Notes under the pieces: model-generated
Databases searched by the model: none
What the model saw: only the letters and a program-made list of their open reading frames with translations
What the model was told of the DNA's origin: nothing
Program-made: the position numbers and the translations under genes
Shown here: positions 51,601 through 61,569 of the stretch, one piece after another
How the letters are laid out: each line of letters starts with the position of its first letter
Numbering within the stretch: position 1 is the first letter of the stretch
Origin: Mobula hypostoma
Taxonomy: Eukaryota
Length of the DNA stretch: 64,000 nucleotides
NCBI RefSeq assembly: GCF_963921235.1
Contig: NC_086107.1
Span: 108,440,001-108,504,000 of the forward strand
Reading direction: 5' to 3'

Positions 51601-51972
51601 CATATGAGCAGCTGGTGCATATCACAAGTCCTGGTTATGTGACCACTGATGCCAGGCAGACACTCTCCAAAGAGTATTGATAATGACTGGGGTCGCTCTG
51701 TCTTGTAAAGACGCGGCCCAGAAGAAAGCAATGGCAAACCACTTCTGTAGAAAAAAAATGGAAAGACCATGATCGTCCATCTCATATGATAGAGCACTTT
51801 ATTGAAGTTAATCCACCAAACAGTTTTACTAAATGTGAAACCTCTTCATTACTTCAGGAATTGTGGGAGTTACTACCCCACAACCATCAAGCTCCTGAAC
51901 AAAAGGGGATAGCTACACTCACTTGCCCCATCATTGAACTGTTCCTACAACCAATGATCTCACTTTAAGGAC

Positions 51973-52242
51973 CACACATAAAAATTGCTGGTGAACGCAG
52001 CAGGCCAGGCAGCATCTATAGGAAGAGGCTCCTGTCTTCTCCTATCATTTCGGATCTCCCCCTCCCCCTCCCACTTTCAAATCTCTTACTAGCTCTTCTA
52101 TCAGTTAGTCCTGACGAAGGGTCTCGGCCCGAAATGTTGACTGTACCTCTTCCTATAGATGCTGCCTGGCCTGCTGCGTTCACCAGCAACTTTTATGTGT
52201 GTTGCTTGAAGTTCCAGCATCTGCAGATTTCCTCATGTTTGC
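51973..52242 (+). mobile_element. Short Penelope-like insertion with inverted arm, hammerhead motif (52107-52142) and 16-bp TSD
   Basis: TSD atctcactttaaggac at 51957-51972 and 52243-52258. Confidence 0.87.
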
Positions 52243-53003
52243 ATCTCACTTTAAGGACTCTTAATCTTGTTAACTCAAGTTCTCGTTATTTATTGCTATT
52301 TATTTATATTTGCATTTGCACAGTTTGTTGTCTTCTGCACTCTGGTTGATCTTTCATTGATCCTGTTATAGTTACTATTCTATAGATTTGTCCAGTATGC
52401 CTGTAGGGAAATGAATCTCAGGGGTATATGAGGTGACATATATGTACTCTGATAATAAAATTCACTTTGAACGTTGACTTTTAAGTTTACAGAACATGAA
52501 TTGGTTGTTGTCATAGAGTCACAGAACACTATAGCGCAGAAACAGGCTCTTCAACCAATCTAGTCCATGATAACCTGGCCTTTTTCCCAGTCCCACCTAC
52601 CTCACTGATAATTTTCCTCAATGTCCACTATGACCCCAACCTTGGTGTCATCTGCAAGTTTGCTGATCCAGTTTACTACATTATCATCTGTATCATTAAC
52701 ATAGATGATCAACAATGACAGACCTAGCAACTTTGTTAATTTTAAACCATCATTAACCCCTCACGGACTGACACAATTTGGAGGTTAGAGGCATGCAGAG
52801 CAATTCGAGTTGTTGTTCTTATCATTAATGCATAAATAGCGAGATGGAGATTGGAACTGGTTCTGAGCAACACGCTTAAGAACAAAGTTTTGATCTAATT
52901 TTATATTTATACACTCAACTGTCATTTCTAAGTAATTGCAAATTTGCATTTTGTGGCTTTTAACATTAAGAGTTGATCCCCCTTTGGCTCTCCCAGCCCT
53001 TAC

Positions 53004-53137
53004 CCGGACATGACGATGAAGAAATCCAAGCGATTCCACGTGTCACCAAGGTAGCACTTCTTCCCGACGATCCCTAAGGCAACCATCTTGATCACCATCT
53101 CCATGGCGAAGAAAATAAAGATGAAGTCATCAAAAGC
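53004..53137 (-). CDS. CACNA1I: Cav3.3-like coding exon 3, domain I S2-S3 (134 bp)
   Basis: TTGCAG|GCT TTT GAT... translates to [44 protein letters not shown](G). Donor is GG|GTAAGG. The phase-0 start matches the previous exon and the phase-2 end matches the next. Confidence 0.95.
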
Positions 53138-54059
53138 CTGCAAAGCAACACAGTGTTTCATTTGGCATTATCTTCCATTACATTTGTGGTTGTATTTTAC
53201 TGACCTTCTGGAGGAGCTTTTTGTCTTGTAAGGGCAAGGACTGGGCCTCAAGCCGCGGTGTCGTCAGAGGTGGGAGGCTGGTGTCAGGGCCAGTCCACTC
53301 CACCAGGGGGCAGTGTGGTGTGGCGTCCAAGCGACCAGGCTGCAGACAGTGCTGCCCCCCCCCCCCCCCCGGTGTTCGCTCGGTGGAAGACCGTCTCTAT
53401 CATGGTTGACTATGGATTGATGGCACAAGTTTTGGTCTCTTTTATTGCCTGATTGTACTGGCCATCTTGTGTGTGATTGTTGGTATCGTGTTTTGCACCT
53501 TGATCCTGGAGTAAAGTGTTCTCGTTTGGCTGTATTAATGTATGGTTGAATGACAATTCAACTTGGATTGAATTGATTTTTATCAATGCTCTTTTGTCTA
53601 TCCCCTGATGTGTTGAAGTCACCAACTGATTCCCTGAAGTCTGTCCCCTTGTCCCTGAAGTCTGTCCCCTATTGCAGAATATCTGTGCTCCTACTCTAAC
53701 CATTCAGTTATTCACAATTTTCATCACTCCACCAACATCAGAAAAGTTTTCACCTGACTAGATCCTTAAACTCTGCCATTTCCTTTCTGAATCTCCCCAC
53801 ATCATTCAAGATGTTCTTTAAATCATTTATCTTTGACCAAGCTCCTGATCAAACACCTCAAATTCTCATTGCAGAACTCAAAAGTCAAATAAAATCGTTC
53901 TCTTTTAGCCAGTAACATTTTTCTATGTTAAAGATGCTATACAAATGGAGGCAACTGCAGGTCCCCAACAGTTACTCTGACCTCCCTGTTAGGGTGTATT
54001 CTGGAGTCATGGAATATAGCAAATATTAATTTCAACACCAACCAGTCTTCAGATCTGAA

Positions 54060-54432
54060 TAGAAATGTAGAAAAGCTACAACACCATACAAGCCCCTCGG
54101 CTCACAAAGCTGTGCTGAACATGTCTCTACCTTAGAACTACCTAGGCTTACCCATAGCCCTCTATTTTTCTAAGCTCCATGTACCCATCCAGGAGTCTCT
54201 TAAAAGACCCTATTGTTTCCACTTCCACCACCGCCGCCAGCAGCCCATTCCACGCACTCACCACTCTCTGCGTAAAAAACTTACCCCTGACATCTCCTCT
54301 GTACCTACTTCCAAGCACCTTAATACTATGCCCTCTCGTGCTAGCCATTTCAGCCCTGGGAAAAAGCCTCTGACTATCCACACAATCAATGCCTCTCATC
54401 ATCTTATACACCTTTATCAGGTCACCTCTCAT
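54060..54432 (-). mobile_element. CR1 LINE 3' end
   Basis: ORF 54148-54507 (MRGDLIKVYKM...FFTQRVVSAWNGL). Confidence 0.88.
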
Positions 54433-54443
54433 CCCCCATGGAC

Positions 54444-54827
54444 TGTAAAACAAGGGTGTTCTTGGAGCTGCAGACTGGGGTTGGTTGCAAACAAAGAAAC
54501 ACCCCATTTGACCTGAAATGTCTGCACATGCATGACTGTGGCCCAGGGTTAGTGGGGATTAACATTTATTTTGGGTGTCTGGAGTATTGCTGTGAAGAAG
54601 GAGGTGTTAGAAAATTATATGTTACTCAAAGGAAGCATTGTGGAAACATTGTAACTATAGAATTGTCCTGCCCTTACCTTTGATCTTTAGCATATAAAAA
54701 ATGTCATTTAGTATTGGATCAGAGAATCCTCAAGTATCTCCAGTAAAATGCCTGCATGAGTGTTGAATAAAGACTTCTATATAACCAACTTCAGTATCTC
54801 CTGGTGCCTTCATTCACAGTCACAACA
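54444..54827 (+). mobile_element. Possible solo LTR
   Basis: TGTAA...AATAAA...cacagtcacaaCA. The last 13 nt match the LTR end at 61758, but no TSD is evident. Confidence 0.45.
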
Positions 54828-55107
54828 CTCCCAACCTACCCAAAGAATGTAAAACTTAGTGGGCAACAGAGTCTGCTGGAGGAACTCAAAAGGCTGAGCA
54901 GTATCTGTGGAGGATAAAGGAAATGCCGGCATTTTGGCTGAAAACACTGCATCTGATTGAATTGAATTGACTTTATTACATAATCCCTCATATACATGAG
55001 GAGTAAAAATGTTTACGTTTCATCTCCATCTAAATGATGCAACTTAAAGTGAGTATACTCATTCAACACCTGTTTCCGATAAAGAGAAAGAGGTTGAAAG
55101 GTCCTAC

Positions 55108-55219
55108 CTGCAATATCTTACATCTGTCGGTGGAACAGTCCACGTCCTCACAGGGCTGGTACATTCCCAAAGTGACACAGTTCAACAGGATGACTAACAT
55201 GCTGACATGCTCGAACCAC
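55108..55219 (-). CDS. CACNA1I: T-type Ca channel alpha-1 subunit (Cav3.3-like), coding exon 2, domain I S1 (112 bp)
   Basis: Minus strand reads G TGG TTC..., translating to [37 protein letters not shown]. Donor is CAG|GTAGG; acceptor is ...CCTCAC|. MYQPC and CKILQ are Cav3.3-type (Cav3.1 and Cav3.2 have MFRPC). Confidence 0.93.
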
Positions 55220-55240
55220 GTGAGGATCTAGGGTTAAGGC
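55220..55240 (-). promoter_or_regulatory. U12-type branch site and AC 3' splice site of the intron preceding exon 2
   Basis: Minus strand GCCTTAACCCTAGATCCTCAC|GTGG. CCTTAAC (55239-55233) lies about 13 nt from a terminal AC, with no long polypyrimidine tract. Confidence 0.88.
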
Positions 55241-56159
55241 CAAGAACTAGATCGTAGCTCGATCTCCCGCGCAGGAGTGCTTTGTAAAGTTTCAATCATT
55301 CATAAGACCATTAGATAGAGGAGCAGATTTCGGTCATTTAGCCCATGTTTTTTTCTCAACCCAAAATTCAAAGTTCAAAGGAAAGTTATCACCAAAGTAC
55401 CTAAATTTCTCATATTATAAAGACAGCATTTTTCAAATGATGACACCAGTGAGTACTGATTACCAATTATTGCAAGGATTGGATAGAGTGGATGTTGAGA
55501 TGACGTTTCCATTAGTAGGAGAGTCCAGGATCTGAGAGCATTCACAGTAGAACAAAGAAATACAGAAGAATCAATGAAAAACTCCACACAAAGACTGACA
55601 AACAACCCACATGCAGAAGACAAACCGTGAAAATATATTTTTTAAAAAATAAATAAATGAATAAGTAATATTGAGAAAATGAGCTGTAGAATTCTTGACA
55701 GTGAGTTCATAGGTTGTGGAATTAGTTCAGTGTTGACATAAATGAAATTATCTAGGCTGGTTCAGCCATTCTCCCGCATTCTTTCCATATTCTTAACCAC
55801 CTTTACCAATCAAAAATCTGTCAAACTCGACCTTAAAAACTCCCAATGATTTTTCCTCCACAGATCTCTGTGCCTCTGTGGCAACAAATTCTACAGATTC
55901 ACCACCCTCTGGCTGAACTCTAAATGACCCTAGTTGAATGCCCAAATTGGGTAGAACTTCATTGATTCTGTTTTGGCTATTATTCTACAGATTTATTGTG
56001 TATGTCCACAACAAAATTAATCTCAGAGTTGTACATGGTGACATATATGTATTTTGATAATAAATTTGCTTTGAACTTGGAAGAAATTCTTCTTTACCTC
56101 AGTTTTGAAGGGACGTCCCTTTTTTACGGGCCTGTGTCCTCAGATCCTGGACTCTACAA

Positions 56160-56772
56160 GGCGGGAGGAGAAGATGGCAGCGTGCCGCGTGTGCACAGCT
56201 CTCCGGTGAAAAATGATGTTAAGTAGGGGCCATGGACAATTCTGATTTGATGGAGAATGGACGTGAAAGCACAGAGGAACATCTGGAGAAATTTCCGAAA
56301 CGCCCATCCGCTGCTGTCATTACTGTGTGGTCAGGAATCTTTCGGAGGGTAGGCCTCAAAATCCCCGGCCTTGCCTGCTTTTGGCGACCAAGAAGGAGGT
56401 CGAATCGTTCGGACAGAGATGGCGCTCAGTACTCGGTGTCAGAGAGCTGACCAGAGCTCGAAGTTTTCGGATGACTCAGAGTCGGATTGTGGTCGGCATG
56501 GCAGGGGGAGTTTTGCTTCCTTCTCCCATCTGCGTGAGATGTGGGACATTTGAGAAACTTTGAACTTTACTGTGCTCATGGACTTCTTCATCAAGTTATG
56601 GTATTGTTGCACCGTTTGTAACTATATGTTATAATTACGTGGTTTTGTCAGCTTTTTCAGTCTTGGTTTGTCCTGTGTTTTGTGATATCACACCGGAGGA
56701 AATAATATATCATTTCCTAATGCATGCATTACTAAATGACAATAAAAGGGGACTATGTATCTTCATAATCTA
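56160..56772 (+). mobile_element. AAGATGGC-family retroposon, full-length divergent subfamily, inserted in a CR1
   Basis: ggcgggaggagAAGATGGC...caattctgatttgatggaga...aatgacaataaaagggg...cataatct is colinear with 12417-13104. Confidence 0.8.
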
Positions 56773-57040
56773 CTAATGAAAACACCTTCTCCACATTCAC
56801 TCTATCCATGTAATAATTGGTAACCCACATTCAATAGCGTCGTCTTTTAAAACATGTTGTCTTTAAAACTTGAGAAATAAAAGCAGCATACTTTCTCTGT
56901 CCTGCGAGCTGTTCTGACACTTGACAAGATTATAATCAGAATCAGGATTATTATCACTGATAAATGTTATTAATTTTGTCACTTAGAGGCAACAGTACTG
57001 TGCAATACATAAAATATATTATAAGTTACTAAATGAAATG

Positions 57041-57629
57041 TACTCAGTGGCCACTGTATTAGGAAGAGGGGTGGAATCTGGTATGGTTTTCTGCTGCAGT
57101 AGCTCAACCAGTTCAAGGTCCAACATGTTAGACATTCAGAGATGACCTTTTTCACATCACTGTTGTAACATGCGGGTATCTGAGATACTGTCTCCTTGAA
57201 CCAGTCCAGCTATTATTCTCCTCTGACATCTCTCATTAACAAGGTGTTCTCCCCCAAAGGACTATTGTTCGCTGGATGCTTTTTGTTTCTTTTTGCACCG
57301 TCCTCTGTAAACTCTAAGCATGGGTTCCCATTCTTTTTGTGCCATGGACCAACACCATTAAGCAAGGGGTCCATGGATGTCAGGTTGTACGAGAAAATCT
57401 CAGGAGATCAGCAGTTTCTGAGATCTTCAAACCACCCCATCTGGCACCAACAATCATTCCATGTCAAAGTCATTTCTTCACCATTCTGATGTTTGATCTG
57501 AACAACAACTGAACCTCTTGACCATGTCTGTATGCTTTTATGCAATGAGTTGCTGCCTCGTGATTGGCTGATGAGGTATTTGCATTAACGAGGAGTACAG
57601 GTGTACCTAAAAAGTGGCCACTGAGTGTA
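57041..57629 (-). mobile_element. Tc1-derived non-autonomous element with both TIRs
   Basis: TA-ctcagtggccactgtattagg ... cctaaaaagtggccactgagtg-TA. Carries an insert of about 67 bp at 57320-57387. Confidence 0.85.
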
Positions 57630-57810
57630 GGTATAAAAATCAATAAGTAGTGCAAAAAGAGAGCAAAAATGGTGAGGTGGTGTTCATGTGTTGATTGTCC
57701 ATTCAGAAATCTGATGACAGAGGGGAAGAAGCTGTTCCTGAATCATTGAGTGTGTGCCTTCAGGCTTCTGTACCTCCTTCCTGATGGTAACAATGAGAAG
57801 AGGGCAATAG

Positions 57811-58470
57811 GTGAGCAATTCCAAGTTTCTGGGTGTCAATTTCTCTGACAATCTATCTTGGACCCAACATATCAATGTAGTTACAAAGAAGGCACAACAA
57901 TGGCTATATTTCATTAGGAGTTTGAGGAGATTTGGTATGTCACCAAAAACACTCGCTAATTTCTACAGATGTACCGTGGTGAGCATTCTAACCGGCTGCA
58001 GCACCATCTGGTATGGAGGGGGCATTGCACAGGATCGAAATAAGTTGCAGAAAGTTGTAAACTCAGTCAGCTCCATCATAGGAACTAGCTGATATAGTAC
58101 AGAGGACACCTTCAAGGTGCAATGCCTCACAAAGGCAGCGTCCTTAATTGAGGACCCTGTCACCCAGGGCATGCCCTCTTCTCATTGCTACCATCAGGAA
58201 GGAGGTACAGGAGCCTGAAGACACACACTCAATGATTCAGGAACAGCTTCTTCCCCTCTGCCGTCCGATTTCTGAATGGATAGTGAACCCATGGACACTA
58301 CCTCACTATTTTTTAAATTTCTATTTTTGCACTACTTACTTCATTTAACTATTTAATATATATACTCACTATAATTCAGTTTTCTCTATCGTTATGCATT
58401 GAACTATTGCCGCATAGTCAACAAATTTCACAACATATGCCAATGATATTAAATCTGATTCAGATTCTAG
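57811..58470 (+). mobile_element. Rex1-type LINE 3' fragment nested in an opposite-strand Rex1 tail
   Basis: ORF 57811-58092 (KFLGVNFSDNLSW...FYRCTVVSILTGC). Confidence 0.85.
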
Positions 58471-58587
58471 TCTGGGGTTGAGGATCCTTAATAATGATGC
58501 CACCTTCTTGAGGCATTACCTCCTGAAGATGTCCTCTATAGTTTGGAGGCTAGTGCAATCACTGCATTACAAAAAAAAAATGCAAGG

Positions 58588-58772
58588 AACACACTCAAAA
58601 TGCTAGATGATCTCAACTAACCAGACAGCATTTATGGAAAAGAGTACAGTCGGCGTTTCGGGCTGAGACCCTTCATCAGGACTCTCCATAGATGCTGCCT
58701 GGCCTGCTGAGGTCCTTCAGCTTTTTGTGTGTTACTTGGATTTCCAACATCTACAGATTTTCTCTTGTTTGT
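58588..58772 (+). mobile_element. Short Penelope-like insertion with inverted arm and hammerhead motif (minus, 58648-58683)
   Basis: Minus strand AGTC CTGATGA AGGGTCTCAGCCC GAAAC GCC GACT, with the family 3' tail at right. Confidence 0.75.
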
Positions 58773-60596
58773 GGAAAAAAAAATCCAATCAGGCAATACG
58801 TGTGGAGGGAAGTGGACAGTCAACATTCCGAGTTGAGACCCTACGTTAGGATCAGGACCCAGTCCAGATGAAACTTTGACTATCCATTCCTTTCCACAGG
58901 TGCTGCCTGACCCACTAGGTTCCTCCAGAATCTTGTCTTTGTTCCACCTTGCCAGCATCCGAAGTCTCCTGTGTCTGACTTCATTCTCCGGCCTGATCTG
59001 CTTATCGCTTCATTCCCTCTAGACTCCATTGACCTCAGCCTTGAGTATGCCCATTGCAAGAATTTCAAGATGTACAATCCTCGGAGAAAACATGGAAGAC
59101 AAACCATATGAAAAACAGTTAGCTTAAAAAGAGCAAAGAATTCTTTGTTTATAACTTTGGAGCTTCTTGCTGTCTAGATTGTGCTGCTTTGCTTTGAAGG
59201 GCTGTGGAATTAGATCATTCAATTTCAAACTTATTACAGAACAGAACATGGCCACCTGGCCCAAAAGGACAATGCTAGCTCGCATGGGATGAATCTCAAT
59301 CTTTTCCCCCGTCTCCTTACCTCTCACATGTGTCTCAATTTTTGATTCATTTCGTCATTACCTACACTGAGGGATGACTAGAACTGATAACACAGCTTAT
59401 CTTTGAGATACAGGAGACAACTGTAATAGTAGGGAACAATAATGGCCAAAGAAACTCACTTATCCGCAGGAAGAGAATGCAGACTCCATAAAATTTAAAG
59501 AGCACCTGGCTCAGCTTTGGTGCTCAACCACCAGCTCAACTTTAGCTCAGTCTGCAATTGTGTCTTTGAGTTTTTGTCTCGGATTCTCGTCTATCATCTG
59601 CTCTCGTCTCAATCTCGAAATCGTGTCTTGAGTCAAGTCTCGCATACTCCAGCATTTCGGTCGCTACCATCCTCCCCAAGGCTTTTGTCACAATGATAAC
59701 CCTTGTCTGTCTGCCTAAAGAGCAAAGATGATTAGACTGCGCCTTCTGTGCTCCTCATCCTCACTCCACACTGCAAGGGAAATAGGGAGCGACCAGAAGC
59801 ATCCTTAGGAGATGGTGGCCCCTTTAAGGTTATCTCAGAGTTCAGCAAAGGAAAGCACAAAATAGGCGAGGAAGGAGCTTAACATGACCAGGAGGAGCAG
59901 GAGGAAACAAGAGAAACCACAGGCAGGACAGAAAAGCCATAAAACTGAATAATAAGGAGATTAAAAAGGAATCTAGTTGACCCAAAACGAAGAGATGCAA
60001 GGGGTGGCGATGTATATAAATTGTCTCATTAGCTCAGAGAAGTCATTAGGCGCTGGCTAAATCGCTGCTGAAGGCAGCCTTAATCAGAATACATCTTGGA
60101 TGGGGCTGAAGGGAATGTGTTTACTGTCTAAGATCTGCAGTACAGTAAAAATAACATTGTCACAAGCCACGCCAATCCACCACGGCAGAAGGCAACAGCC
60201 TGCAGTAAATTCATGATCCACATAATCCTGGGAAAGTTAACAGAGGAAAACTTTGGCAGCTAAGAAAGTTTGCAGCACTTGATGCATAAGTGTTAAATGA
60301 CATATTCGATGCACAGGAAGGAAATGAATCTGTTTATTATTGTACCGAGATACAGCAAGAGGCTTGCCTCACATGCTGTTCATACAGATCAAATCATTAC
60401 ACAGTGCAGTGAGGTAGAACAAGATAAAACAATAACAATGCAGAGTAAAGTGGAACAGCCACAGAACAGGTAAACAACGAAGTGCAAGATCATAGCGAGG
60501 TAGATTGTGAGGTCAAGAATCCAATTTGTTGCAATGGAGAATTATTCAATTGTCTTCTAACATCAGAAGGTCTGCAGAGACACCTCATCAAAACCT

Positions 60597-60850
60597 TTTT
60601 CACCCAGAGAGTGGTGGATATATGGAATGCTCTGCCCCAGAAGGCTGTGGAGGCCAAGTCTCTGGATGCTTTCAAGAAAGAGATGGATAGAGCTCTTAAA
60701 GATAGTGGAATCAAAGGTTATGGGGATAAGGCAAGAACTGGATACTGATTGTGGATGATCAGCCATGATCACAGTGAATGGGGGTGCTGGCTCGAAGGGC
60801 TGAATGGCCTACTCCTGCACCTATTGTCTATGGTCTATTGTCTATTGTCT
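60597..60850 (+). mobile_element. CR1 LINE 3' end
   Basis: FFTQRVVDIWNALPQKAVEA, followed by a (ctattgt)n tail. Confidence 0.88.
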
Positions 60851-60933
60851 TGGAATTGGCAACTCTACCCCAATTGTTTGTTTCTTGGAGCTCGTGAAAG
60901 ATTTGCGTGGAGGTCGGGATAGAGCTTTCTTCC

Positions 60934-61178
60934 TGTTGGGTATTTAATATTAAAGTAACATTTGAGTAATCTTGTTTAATTATTTAATTATTCTTGTTCA
61001 TTTAAATAGTTAATTACGGGTCATATGATGTAAAATACGTGAACTGCATCTGTCATCACGCTACCACGAGATACCTGCGTGCCTCGCTTAAAGTAAGCTT
61101 AAAGTTACACCCACATTTTCGGACTCCCCACATCTTTCTTTGAATTAATTTGATGTTTTGAAGATACAAAATGTAACA
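60934..61178. mobile_element. Solo LTR (same family as 29191-29452), flanked by an old LINE fragment (about 61255-61510, minus)
   Basis: TGTT...TAACA termini and a near-perfect 5-bp TSD (cttcc/ctccc). The neighbouring remnant encodes LTPQGLSTIYKAQ. Confidence 0.78.
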
Positions 61179-61569
61179 CTCCCCCATTGATCGTTAGGGT
61201 GTGCTCTCATCTCCAACTCAAAACACCGTGCATCCAAGTCTTTAGTCCGAAGACATTTTCATAACCCCAGATAAGTATGGCCTGGGCAGCGGTGGAAGAA
61301 GTGAATGGTTAAACTTGGTGTGCCTATCAAGCTGGCTGCTACGTCCAGTACGGTATCAAGCTTCTTGAGTATTGTTGAAGCTATTTTCAAACAGGCAAGT
61401 GGCGAGCCTTTCATCACACCGCTGCCTTGAGCTTTGTAAATGGTGGACAGGCCTTGGGGAGTTAGAAAGCAAGCTACTTGAGGCAGGATTCCTAGACTCC
61501 GACCTGCTTGAATACAGAACATAGTGCAGCACAGGAACAGAACCTTCAGCTCACATTGTCTGTACCAAC

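Noticed and set aside
53630..53670. Direct repeat tccctgaagtctgtcccct x2 (also a 20-bp duplication near 38109-38150)
   Set aside because: Simple local slippage duplications with no evidence of function.
55228..55229. AG as the exon 2 acceptor
   Set aside because: It would add 8 nt, break the expected P-W phase, and lies too close to the branch site.
58980..59125. Possible extra exon or retrocopy fragment
   Set aside because: The frames I translated resemble no channel or other protein I recognise, and I saw no convincing splice signals.
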